This document shows positions 51,888 through 60,785 of a stretch of DNA of 64,000 bases, in pieces (the stretch's first letter is position 1; the number at the start of each line of letters is the position of its first letter). The notes beneath the pieces are model-generated. The model made no database searches, was not told the DNA's origin, and saw nothing but the letters and a program-made list of their open reading frames with translations. Location of the stretch: positions 960,001 to 1,024,000 of the forward strand of contig CAVQYR010000001.1 in the NCBI GenBank assembly GCA_963718235.1, in the 5' to 3' direction. The stretch comes from an uncultured Actinomycetota bacterium. GTDB taxonomy: Bacteria; Actinomycetota; Actinomycetes; JAHEKZ01. A program made the translations under genes and the position numbers.

Positions 51888-52298
51888 ATGGGAGACGGGC
51901 TGACCGTCCGGATCACCGCTCCGTACGACCAGGTGGTCCCTCGGGTCCGGGCCGCACTGGCCGGTCAGGGATTCGGAGTGCTCACCGAGATCGATGTCTC
52001 GGCGACCATGAAGGCCAAGCTCGACGCCACCGTCGAGCCGTACCTGATCCTCGGCGCGTGCAACCCACCCCTGGCGTACGCGGCCCTGCAGGCCGACCGA
52101 CGGATCGGCGTCCTGCTGCCGTGCAACGTGGTCGTCCGAGCCGACCCCGACGACCAGACGGTGACCCTGGTCGAGGCCGTCGACCCCCAGGACATGGTCG
52201 CCATGACCGGTCGCCCCGAGCTGCAGCCGGTGGCCGACGACGCAGCCGCCCGGCTGACCGTGGCGCTCGCCGAACTCGTCACCTCCACCGACGGCTGA
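51888..52298 (+). CDS. DUF302 domain protein
   Basis: GFGVLTEIDV...KL...Y.ILGACNP..A......IGVLLPCNVVV. Confidence 0.9.
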   Translation: MGDGLTVRITAPYDQVVPRVRAALAGQGFGVLTEIDVSATMKAKLDATVEPYLILGACNPPLAYAALQADRRIGVLLPCNVVVRADPDDQTVTLVEAVDPQDMVAMTGRPELQPVADDAAARLTVALAELVTSTDG

Positions 52299-52337
52299 AC
52301 GGTTCCCGCTGCGGGCCGGGTACGGAATCATGGAGCC

Positions 52338-52913
52338 GTGACCGAGCTCTCCCTCACCGGCCGGCTGCTCGTGGCGTCACCCTTGCTGGGTGACCCCAAC
52401 TTCGAGCGGTCGGTCGTGCTGCTGGTCGACCACGACGAGGAGGGCGCCCTGGGCGTGGTGCTGAACCGGCCCACCGGCCTGGAGGTGGTGGCCGTGGTCC
52501 CGGCCTGGGGTGACTACACGACCGGCCCGGCCCTGGTCTTCAAGGGCGGGCCCGTGGGCGAGGACTCCGCGCTCGCCCTGGGTGCCCTGGCCGGGGCAGG
52601 GGCCCGAGCTGACGCCGAGGAGCCCGACGGCTTCCGGCGGGTGTTCGGCAGCCTCGGGCTGGTCGATCTGGACGCCGAGCCGGCCGTCCTCGCCGGTGAG
52701 CTGCGCGCGGTGCGGGTCTTTGCCGGCTACGCCGGGTGGGGCCCAGGTCAGCTGGAGGACGAGCTCGCCGACGACGCCTGGTTCGTGGTCGAGTCGCTGC
52801 CCGGGGACCCTTTCGTCGACGACCCGGACCGGCTGTGGCGCGACGTCCTGCGCCGCCAGGGCGGTGAGCTCGCGATGGTCGCGACCTACCCCGAGGACCC
52901 CTCGCTCAACTGA
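52338..52913 (+). CDS. YqgE/AlgH family protein
   Basis: LLVA.P...DPNFERSV, GALGVVLNRP, GGPV, FAGYAGWGPGQLE.E. Confidence 0.93.
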   Translation: MTELSLTGRLLVASPLLGDPNFERSVVLLVDHDEEGALGVVLNRPTGLEVVAVVPAWGDYTTGPALVFKGGPVGEDSALALGALAGAGARADAEEPDGFRRVFGSLGLVDLDAEPAVLAGELRAVRVFAGYAGWGPGQLEDELADDAWFVVESLPGDPFVDDPDRLWRDVLRRQGGELAMVATYPEDPSLN

Positions 52914-52956
52914 GCACCCTGTCGTCATCCGCGCCGTCCGCCTACACTCGGCGGCC

Positions 52957-53259
52957 ATGACGAGCGAACCAGGACTCCCGGGTCTGCCTCAGGCCGAGCC
53001 CGTGGGTGGCGCGGGCACGCTGATCGAGGAGCGGGTCGAGCCGACCGACGCCGGTGACCACGAGCGCTTCTCGCACTACGTGCAGAAGGACAAGATCGTG
53101 GAGAGCGCAGTGACCGGGGCACCGGTGATCGCGCTGTGCGGCAAGGTATGGGTGCCGAACCGCGATCCCCAGAAGTTCCCGGTGTGCCCGGAGTGCCTGG
53201 AGATCTTCGAGGGCCTCCCGACGGGCGGTACCGGCAAGGGTGGCCCGGCCGGCGAGTAG
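52957..53259 (+). CDS. DUF3039 domain protein
   Basis: GDHERFSHYV.K.KIVESAVTG.PVIALCGKVW...PVCPEC. Confidence 0.9.
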   Translation: MTSEPGLPGLPQAEPVGGAGTLIEERVEPTDAGDHERFSHYVQKDKIVESAVTGAPVIALCGKVWVPNRDPQKFPVCPECLEIFEGLPTGGTGKGGPAGE

Positions 53260-53291
53260 GCCGACCAGACGAGGTCACCTACCCTGGGCCG

Positions 53292-54680
53292 GTGACCACC
53301 CCCGACCAGGACGTGAGCGCCGGGTCGGACAGCATCTTCGGACCCTCCTACCGCGCCCTCACCTTCGGCATCATCGCGGTCATCACGGTCGCGGCCTTCG
53401 AGGGCATGGCGGTGATCACCGCGATGCCGGTCGTGGTGGCCGACCTCGACGGTCTGGTCTGGTATGCGTGGACGTTCACCGCGTTCGTCGCCCCCAGCCT
53501 CTACGCGATGGTGGTGGCGGGAGAGGCGGCCGACCGCCGCGGACCGTTGCGCCCGCTGCTGCTCGGCCTCGGCCTGTTCGGCCTGGGCACCCTGGTCGCG
53601 GGGCTGGCCAACGGGATCCCCGTGCTGCTCCTGGGCCGCGCCGTCCAGGGCCTCGGCTTCGGCGCGGTGATCGTCGCCCTCTACGTGGTCATCGGCAAGG
53701 TCTACCCCGAGGACATGCGGCCGCGGATCTTCACCGCCATGTCGGGTGCCTGGGTACTGCCCGGCATCCTCGGGCCGGTCGTGGCCGGGACCATCGCCGA
53801 CACCGTGGGATGGCGTTGGGTCTTCCTCGGTGTCCTCGTCCTGCTCGTACCGATCACCGCCGTGCTCGTCCCGAGCATGCTGGGCCTGGACCTGCCCGGC
53901 GACCCGGCGGCGAGGCCGGTGGGAGGGCGTAAACGTCGGGCCCTGATGGCGGCGCTCGGGGTCGGCCTGCTCCAGCTGGCGGGGCAGCTGCTCGACGGCA
54001 CGAGCGTGCTCCTCGTCGTCCCGGCCCTGCTGCTGCTCGGCCTCAGCGTGCCGCACCTGCTGCCCCAGGGAGCGCTGCGGCTGCGACGGGGTCTCCCCAC
54101 CGTGGTCATGATGCGCGGCTTCCTGGCCGGGGCGTTCTTCGGTGCCGAGGCCTTCGTCCCGCTGCTGCTGATCAACGAGCGGGACCTGTCCACGGCCACC
54201 GCCGGCGCGGCGCTCACCGGGGGCGCCTTGGGCTGGTTCGTGGGCTCCTGGTACCAGGGTCGGCCGTCGGTCGAGGCGCCCCGCTGGCGTCTGGTCCAGG
54301 TCGGGTCCGCGTTGGTGACGTTCGGGATCCTGACGTCGACCCTGGTGCTGATTCCCACGGTTCCGGCGATGCTGGTGATGGTCACCTGGACCGCGGGGGC
54401 GGTGGGCATGGGGCTGCTCTACGGGTCCTTGGGGGTCCTGCTGCTGCAGCTGTCCCCTCCGGAGGAGCAGGGCGTCAACTCCGCGGCCCTGCAGATCGCG
54501 GACAGCCTCGGCGTCGTGGCCTGCACGGGGCTGGCCGGGGTGATCTTCGCCGCAGGGCACACGGTGGCGGGCAACGACGCCGACGTCTTCGCCGTGATCT
54601 TCGCCCTGATGGCGGTCGTCGCCGGGGGCGCCACGCTCGTGGCGCCGAGGGTGCGGCCGAACACCGTTGCCGTTGTCTAG
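53292..54680 (+). CDS. MFS transporter
   Basis: AAFEGMAVITAMP, DRRGP, GRAVQGLG, many TM segments; GTG start inferred. Confidence 0.88.
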   Translation: MTTPDQDVSAGSDSIFGPSYRALTFGIIAVITVAAFEGMAVITAMPVVVADLDGLVWYAWTFTAFVAPSLYAMVVAGEAADRRGPLRPLLLGLGLFGLGTLVAGLANGIPVLLLGRAVQGLGFGAVIVALYVVIGKVYPEDMRPRIFTAMSGAWVLPGILGPVVAGTIADTVGWRWVFLGVLVLLVPITAVLVPSMLGLDLPGDPAARPVGGRKRRALMAALGVGLLQLAGQLLDGTSVLLVVPALLLLGLSVPHLLPQGALRLRRGLPTVVMMRGFLAGAFFGAEAFVPLLLINERDLSTATAGAALTGGALGWFVGSWYQGRPSVEAPRWRLVQVGSALVTFGILTSTLVLIPTVPAMLVMVTWTAGAVGMGLLYGSLGVLLLQLSPPEEQGVNSAALQIADSLGVVACTGLAGVIFAAGHTVAGNDADVFAVIFALMAVVAGGATLVAPRVRPNTVAVV

Positions 54681-54692
54681 AGTCCTGCCCTT

Positions 54693-56381
54693 GTGACCGG
54701 TGCGTTGAGGGCCTGGCAGCACCGCGCTGTCGACGAGTGGCTGAGCACCCGACCGCGGGACTACCTCGCGGTGGCGACCCCGGGTGCCGGCAAGACGACC
54801 TTCGCCCTGCGGATCGCGGCCGCCCTCGTCGAGCGGCGGGTCGTGCAGTCGATCACCGTGGTCGCACCGACTGACCACCTCAAGCGGCAGTGGGCCGACG
54901 CCGCACACCGGGAGGGCCTGCGCCTCGACCCGGGGTTCCGCAACGCCCAGGGTCGGGCCGGCAGCGACTACCACGGCGTGGTCGTCACCTACGCCCAGGT
55001 CGCCGCGCACCCGATGCTCCACCGTCGCCGCACCGAGAACCGCAAGTCGCTGGTGATCCTCGACGAGGTCCACCATGCAGGCGACGCGCTGTCCTGGGGC
55101 GATGCGGTGCGTGAGGCGTTCGAACCGGCTGCCCACCGGGTGTGCCTGACCGGCACGCCGTTTCGCTCCGACGTCAACGCCATCCCCTTCGTGTCCTACG
55201 AGCGCGACGGCGAGGGGCTCCCGCGCAGCCGGGCCGACCACAGCTACGGGTACCCCGAGGCGTTGCGCGACGGCGTCGTGCGACCGGTGCTCTTCCTGGC
55301 GTACTCCGGGCAGATGCGCTGGCGCACCCGCGCCGGCGACGAGGTCGAGGCCCAGCTGGGTGAGCCGCTGACCGTGGAGCAGAACGCCCATTCGCTGCGG
55401 ACCGCGCTGGACCCCCAGGGTGAGTGGATCCCCTCGGTGCTCGCGGCCGCTGACACTCGGCTCACCGAGGTGCGGAGGGGGATGCCCGACGCGGCCGGTC
55501 TGGTCATTGCCGCCGACCACGAGCATGCCCGCGCGTACGCGGCGCTGCTGCGCCGGGTCAGCGGTGAGGCTCCGGTCGTGGTCCTGAGCGACGACCCCCG
55601 CGCCAGCCGGAAGATCGGCGACTTCGCCGGGTCGAAGGCACGCTGGATGGTGGCGGTGCGGATGGTGAGCGAGGGCGTCGACGTGCCACGCCTCGCGGTC
55701 GGCGTGTACGCGACGAACACCGCAACTCCGCTGTTCTTCGCCCAGGCCGTCGGAAGGTTCGTGCGGGCCCGCCGACGGGGGGAGACAGCGTCGGTGTTCG
55801 TCCCCAGCGTGCCGTCGCTGCTGCAGTACGCAGCCGAGATCGAGGAGCAGCGCGACCACGTGCTGGGTCGGCGGGTCCACGACGAGTCGGACCTGTTCGC
55901 CGCCGAGGCGGCGCTGGTCGAACAAGCGACGGCGGTCCGCTCGGAGCCGGATGCTGACGACGTCGCATTCGAGGCGCTCGGCTCGGACGCGCGCTTCGAC
56001 CGGGTGCTCTTCGATGGCGGTGAGTTCGGCCTGCATGCGGCCGCCGGGTCCGACGAGGAGCAGGACTTCCTGGGGCTGCCCGGGCTGCTGGAGCCCGACC
56101 AGGTGGCGACCCTGCTGAACCAGCGGCAGGCCGCCCAGCTTCGGACCCGGCGCCGGGCGCCCGTCCCCACCGAGAGCACCGACCGGTCCGTGGCTGCTCT
56201 GCGCAAGGAGCTCAACGGGCTCGTGGGGGCCTGGCACCACCGGACCGGCGAGGGGCACGGGGCCGTCCACGCGGCCCTGCGGGGCGCCTGCGGCGGTCCG
56301 CCGTCGGCAACCGCAACGGTTTCGCAACTCCAGCAGCGAATCGACACCCTGCGCGGCTGGGCCACCCGGTCCCGCCGGTAG
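54693..56381 (+). CDS. superfamily II helicase
   Basis: LRAWQ, ATPGAGKT, ILDEVHH, LTGTPFRSD, MVSEGVDVP, QAVGRFVR. Confidence 0.92.
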   Translation: MTGALRAWQHRAVDEWLSTRPRDYLAVATPGAGKTTFALRIAAALVERRVVQSITVVAPTDHLKRQWADAAHREGLRLDPGFRNAQGRAGSDYHGVVVTYAQVAAHPMLHRRRTENRKSLVILDEVHHAGDALSWGDAVREAFEPAAHRVCLTGTPFRSDVNAIPFVSYERDGEGLPRSRADHSYGYPEALRDGVVRPVLFLAYSGQMRWRTRAGDEVEAQLGEPLTVEQNAHSLRTALDPQGEWIPSVLAAADTRLTEVRRGMPDAAGLVIAADHEHARAYAALLRRVSGEAPVVVLSDDPRASRKIGDFAGSKARWMVAVRMVSEGVDVPRLAVGVYATNTATPLFFAQAVGRFVRARRRGETASVFVPSVPSLLQYAAEIEEQRDHVLGRRVHDESDLFAAEAALVEQATAVRSEPDADDVAFEALGSDARFDRVLFDGGEFGLHAAAGSDEEQDFLGLPGLLEPDQVATLLNQRQAAQLRTRRRAPVPTESTDRSVAALRKELNGLVGAWHHRTGEGHGAVHAALRGACGGPPSATATVSQLQQRIDTLRGWATRSRR

Positions 56382-56434
56382 GCTGCGCAGGTCGACGGCC
56401 GTCGTCGGACCGGCTTTTTCGCGAAGGACCTGCC

Positions 56435-57298
56435 ATGCGCCTCATCCGCTCCGTTGCCCTCGTCGCCGCCTCGCTCGTGGCCGCGACCAGTCTGGCCGCC
56501 TGCGCCCAGGAGGAGTCGCCGTCGGCGACCTCACCCACGGCGTCGGACACTGACCTGTGTGCGGACATCACCACGGTGACCGACGGCACATTGACGGTCG
56601 GCACCTCGGACCCGGCGTTCCCGCCGTACGTCATCGACAACAAGCCGCAGAACGGCAAGGGCTTCGAGTCGGCGACCGCCTATGCGGTTGCACAGGCGAT
56701 GGGCTTCAGCTCCGACCAGGTGGAGTGGACCTTCGCGCCGTTCGCCAAGCTGTTCGCACCTGGTGACAAGGACTACGACTTCGCTCTGAACCAGATCTCG
56801 ATCACGCCTGCCCGCGAGCGGGCGGTGACCTTCAGCGCTCCGTACTACGAGGCCGCAAACGCCGTCCTCGTGCTCAAGGACAGCCCCTACGCGGACGCCA
56901 CCACCATGGCCGAGCTCCAGGACGCCAAGATCGGGGTGCAGGCCGCGACGACAGCGCAGCTGCAGGTGGAGGCGGACATCCAGCCGACACAGGACCTCGC
57001 CGTCTACCCGAGCAGCTCCAACGCCTCGCAGGCGCTGAAGAACGGGCAGATCGATGCCTTCATCACCGACCTGCCTACGGCGATCTACCTGGCGCTGCCG
57101 TTCAACGTGGACGGAACCGTGGTCGGGCAGCTACCCAAGCAGGAGGCCGCCGACACCTGGGGACTGGTTCTGCAGAAGGAGAATCCACTCGTCGGCTGTG
57201 TCGACCAGGCGCTCGGTGAGATCACCGCCGACGGCACCCTCGAGGCCATCACGACTCAGTGGATGACCGACTTCACCAAGGCGCCAGTCCTGCAGTGA
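56435..57298 (+). CDS. amino-acid ABC transporter substrate-binding lipoprotein
   Basis: lipobox LAAC, GTLTVGT, ISITPAR...V.FS.PYY. Confidence 0.9.
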   Translation: MRLIRSVALVAASLVAATSLAACAQEESPSATSPTASDTDLCADITTVTDGTLTVGTSDPAFPPYVIDNKPQNGKGFESATAYAVAQAMGFSSDQVEWTFAPFAKLFAPGDKDYDFALNQISITPARERAVTFSAPYYEAANAVLVLKDSPYADATTMAELQDAKIGVQAATTAQLQVEADIQPTQDLAVYPSSSNASQALKNGQIDAFITDLPTAIYLALPFNVDGTVVGQLPKQEAADTWGLVLQKENPLVGCVDQALGEITADGTLEAITTQWMTDFTKAPVLQ

Positions 57299-57332
57299 CG
57301 TCCGCTCCACCCACGGGGCTTGTGGCGAAGCG

Positions 57333-58187
57333 GTGACCACCTCGAACCGGCCGGTGATGGATCCGGCGCGTCAGGAGGCGGTCGCACGTCGGCGCCGACG
57401 CGATCTGACGATCGCATCGATCAGCACCGTCGTGTTCTTCATCGTGGTCGCCCTGGCGATCGTCAGGTCACCTGGCTGGCCAGCCGTTCAGGAGTCGTTC
57501 TTCAGCTCGGTGGACGCCACGCGCGTGTGGCCAGCGCTCGTCAAGGGGTTCCGGATCACGCTGCTGCTGTTCCTCACGGCGGAGCCCGTCATCTTGGTGC
57601 TTGCGATGCTGCTCGCCGTGCTGCGCGGGCTGCGGACGCCGATCTTCGCTCCCCTTCGGATCGTCGCGATCCTGTACACCGACCTGATCCGTGGCATCCC
57701 CACGATTCTGCTCGTGATCTTGTTCGGTTTCGGGATCCCGGCGCTCAACCTCCAGGGACTCACCGACTCCGAGCTCTTCTGGGGCTGGGTCGCCCTGGTC
57801 GTCTCGTACTCGGCCTACGTTGCGGAGGTGTTTCGAGCGGGTCTGGAGTCCGTTCACCCCAGCCAGGTTGCCGCGGCCCGCGCACTGGGACTGAGCAACG
57901 CCCAGAGCCTGCGGTACGTCGTCCTGCCGCAGGCGGTGCGCCGGGTGATCCCGCCGCTGCTCAACGACTTCATCTCGTTGCAGAAGGACACGGCACTGGT
58001 ATCGCTCCTGGGTGTGGTCGAGCTGTTGAATGCCGCCCAGATCGACCAGCAGCTGTTCTTCAACAACACCTCGCTGGTGTTCGCCGCCCTCTTCTTCATC
58101 GCGCTGACAGTGCCGTTGGCCCGTTACACCGACTGGATCTCTGCCCGTCAACGGGCCCGTCAGCAGGGCGTCGGAGGGGCACTGTGA
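57333..58187 (+). CDS. amino-acid ABC transporter permease
   Basis: RGIP, SAYVAEVFRAG, VVLPQAVRRVIPPLLNDFISLQKDTAL. Confidence 0.92.
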   Translation: MTTSNRPVMDPARQEAVARRRRRDLTIASISTVVFFIVVALAIVRSPGWPAVQESFFSSVDATRVWPALVKGFRITLLLFLTAEPVILVLAMLLAVLRGLRTPIFAPLRIVAILYTDLIRGIPTILLVILFGFGIPALNLQGLTDSELFWGWVALVVSYSAYVAEVFRAGLESVHPSQVAAARALGLSNAQSLRYVVLPQAVRRVIPPLLNDFISLQKDTALVSLLGVVELLNAAQIDQQLFFNNTSLVFAALFFIALTVPLARYTDWISARQRARQQGVGGAL

Positions 58188-58945
58188 GCGAGCAGGCCAG
58201 CACACCACGACTGCGGGTCGACAACGTATTCAAGTCTTTCGGGGACAACCAGGTCCTGCGAGGGATGTCACTGGATGTCGACGACCACGAGGTGGTCGCA
58301 CTCATCGGGCCCTCCGGGTGCGGCAAGTCGACGATGCTGCGGTGCATCGACATGCTCGAGCCGATCGACTCCGGCGCTGTGCTGCTGGACGGCGTCGACG
58401 TCTCCTGGCCGGGGTACGACACCAACCAGGTGCGGCGCAGCATCGGAATCGTCTTCCAGTCGTTCAACCTGTTCCCCCACATGTCAGTGCTGGAGAACAT
58501 CACCTTGTCGCCGCGCAAGGTACTGGGTCGCAGCAAGGCCGACGCGGAGCAGCAGGCGATGACTCTGCTCGAGCGCTTCGATCTCGCAGGCAAGGCTGCT
58601 GACTACCCGGACAGCCTCTCGGGTGGCCAGCAGCAGCGCGCCGCAATCGTGCGGGCGTTGGCGATGGACCCCTCGATCATGTTGTTCGACGAGATCACCT
58701 CGGCGCTGGACCCCGAACTGGTGGGCGAGGTGCTCGACGTCATCCGCGAGCTCAAGGACGCTGGCCTGACGATGGTCATGGCGACACACGAGATGGGTTT
58801 CGCTCGAGAGATCGCCACCCGTGTGGCGTTCCTTGCCGAAGGCCAGGTCGCCGAGATCGCCCCTCCTGAGCAGCTGTTCAGTCAGCCGCAGCAGCCGCGG
58901 ACCCAGCAGTTCCTCGCCCGCGTGACTGAGGCCCGGCGCCTTTGA
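58184..58945 (+). CDS. amino-acid ABC transporter ATPase
   Basis: GPSGCGKS, FQSFNLFPH, LSGGQQQR, FDEITSALDPE, THEMGFA. Confidence 0.93.
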   Translation: MSEQASTPRLRVDNVFKSFGDNQVLRGMSLDVDDHEVVALIGPSGCGKSTMLRCIDMLEPIDSGAVLLDGVDVSWPGYDTNQVRRSIGIVFQSFNLFPHMSVLENITLSPRKVLGRSKADAEQQAMTLLERFDLAGKAADYPDSLSGGQQQRAAIVRALAMDPSIMLFDEITSALDPELVGEVLDVIRELKDAGLTMVMATHEMGFAREIATRVAFLAEGQVAEIAPPEQLFSQPQQPRTQQFLARVTEARRL

Positions 58946-59459
58946 CGCGTTGCCGGAGGCTGGTGGCGCCACCGGGGATGGGGCCGGCATGGCCCCGCCT
59001 GTGCTCGAACACCAGGTTGGTCTCGGTGTGCGCGACGGCCGGGTCGGTCGTGAGGTGGTCGAGCACCCAGTCGCGCAGTGCCTCCGAGGATGCGACCGCC
59101 ACGTGCAGCAGGTAGTCGTCGGCGCCGGCGACGTGGAACGTCGAGACCACCTCGGGCAGCCGCGGGACCCGTCGTCCGAAGGCCTCGATCTGGGCCCGGT
59201 CGTGGGCCCGCAGCCGGACCGCCACCACCGCCTGGAGGGGGCGACCCATTGCCGCCAGGTCGACGTCGGCGTGCCACCCGCGGATCACCCCCCGGTCGAC
59301 CAGGCCCCGGGTACGCACCAGCGCGGTCGAGGGGGCGACCCCGACGGCCTCGGCCACCTGGGCGTTGGGGGTGCGCGCGTCGTCGATCAGCAGGGCGAGG
59401 ATCTGGTCGTCGACCGGGTCGAGGTCAGGTCGAACCCGGTTCGGTGGGTGATCGGCCAC
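58878..59459 (-). CDS. Lrp/AsnC regulator (MdeR-like position)
   Basis: LDPVDDQILALL..DARTPN..VAEAVGVAPST, VAGADDYLLHV, TETNLVFE; C-terminal tail overlaps the ATPase gene. Confidence 0.88.
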   Translation of the reverse strand: MADHPPNRVRPDLDPVDDQILALLIDDARTPNAQVAEAVGVAPSTALVRTRGLVDRGVIRGWHADVDLAAMGRPLQAVVAVRLRAHDRAQIEAFGRRVPRLPEVVSTFHVAGADDYLLHVAVASSEALRDWVLDHLTTDPAVAHTETNLVFEHRRGHAGPIPGGATSLRQRVKGAGPQSRGRGTAGSAAAAAD

Positions 59460-59579
59460 GATGGTGCCTCCCGCAGTTGGTTCGGACCTTGAGCATCTCG
59501 ATGCATTGTATTCGAGGTCTATGGACATTCTCCGAAGAAGTGGACGACGCTGGAGGTCTTCCTCGGTCAGGAGGCCGAC

Positions 59580-60785
59580 ATGACCCGGTTCGACACCCTT
59601 GCCGTGCACGGTGGCCGCGACGACCTGACCGCGCTCGGGGTGCATGCCGCACCGATCGACCTGTCGACCACCGCCCCGCTCGCCGACGTCGGGTCCGGCG
59701 GTGCCGCCTACGAGGCCCTGGCCGGCGGCCAGTCGTTGCCCCCCGGAGCCAGCACCGTCTACCAGCGCCTGTGGAACCCCACCGTGGCCAGGTTCGAGCA
59801 GGGCCTGGCCGTGCTCGAGGGTGCTGAGGAGGCCGTGGCCTTCGGGTCGGGCATGGCTGCGTTGACGGCCTGCCTGCTCGCCACGGTGGCATCCGGGCAC
59901 CCGCACGTCGTGGCCGTCCGACCGCTCTACGGCGGCACCGACCATATGCTCTCCAGCGGTCTGCTCGGCACCGAGGTGACCTTCGTGTCCCCGGACGGCG
60001 TGCGTGCGGCGCTTCGACCCGACACCGGACTCGTCGTCGTGGAGACCCCGGCCAACCCCACCGTCGAGCTGGTCGACCTGACCCGGCTGGTGAGGGACGC
60101 GCACGGCGTTCCGGTACTGGTCGACAACACCTTCGCGACGCCGGTACTGCAGCAGCCGCTGCGGTTCGGCGCGACGTTCGTGCTGCACAGCGCGACGAAG
60201 TTCATCGGTGGGCACGGAGACGCCCTCGGAGGCGTCGTGGCCACCGACCCCGAGCACGCCGCAGCGCTGCGGCGGGTCCGTGCGGTCACCGGAGGCGTGC
60301 TCGAACCCTTCACCGCCTACCTGCTGCACCGCGGACTGGCGACCCTGCCGCTGCGGGTCCGCGCGCAGCAGCAGTCCGCGACGACCGTGGCTGCCGCCCT
60401 GCTCGACCACCCTGCGGTGGCTGAGGTGCTGCACCCGAGCCTCCCGGGCTGCGACCCCGGGGGGTTGGTGGGCCACCAGATGTCCGGACCCGGGTCGCTG
60501 CTGTCGTTTCGACTCGTCGGCGGGTTCGACGCTGCGCGAACGGTGGCCGGCACCCTGCGACTGGTCACGCACGCGGTGTCCCTGGGCGGGGTCGACTCCC
60601 TGCTGCAGCACCCCGCAGCGCTCACCCATCGCCCGGTCGCGGCAGAGGCGCGGCCCGACGCAGCACTCCTACGGCTCTCCGTCGGCCTGGAGGCCACTGA
60701 GGACCTGGTCGACGACCTGGTCCAGGCGCTGGACCGGTCGGTGATGCAGACCTCGAGCCGGCCGTTCGAGCGTTCAGCCTCGTGA
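59580..60785 (+). CDS. PLP trans-sulfuration enzyme, likely methionine gamma-lyase
   Basis: YQRLWNPT, FGSGMAA, YGGT, ETPANP, DNTFATP, HSATKFIGGHGD, AVSLGG, RLSVGLE. Confidence 0.85.
   Translation: MTRFDTLAVHGGRDDLTALGVHAAPIDLSTTAPLADVGSGGAAYEALAGGQSLPPGASTVYQRLWNPTVARFEQGLAVLEGAEEAVAFGSGMAALTACLLATVASGHPHVVAVRPLYGGTDHMLSSGLLGTEVTFVSPDGVRAALRPDTGLVVVETPANPTVELVDLTRLVRDAHGVPVLVDNTFATPVLQQPLRFGATFVLHSATKFIGGHGDALGGVVATDPEHAAALRRVRAVTGGVLEPFTAYLLHRGLATLPLRVRAQQQSATTVAAALLDHPAVAEVLHPSLPGCDPGGLVGHQMSGPGSLLSFRLVGGFDAARTVAGTLRLVTHAVSLGGVDSLLQHPAALTHRPVAAEARPDAALLRLSVGLEATEDLVDDLVQALDRSVMQTSSRPFERSAS

Noticed and set aside
53076-56327. 1083-aa minus-strand ORF
   Set aside because: Antisense shadow of the MFS and helicase genes
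54693-56381. Helicase as an anti-phage or restriction component
   Set aside because: Sits in a housekeeping-like YqgE-DUF3039-helicase neighbourhood with no methylase or nuclease partner
59460-59579. SAM riboswitch before the methionine lyase
   Set aside because: No SAM-I/IV core recognised; the short spacer fits a divergent Lrp promoter
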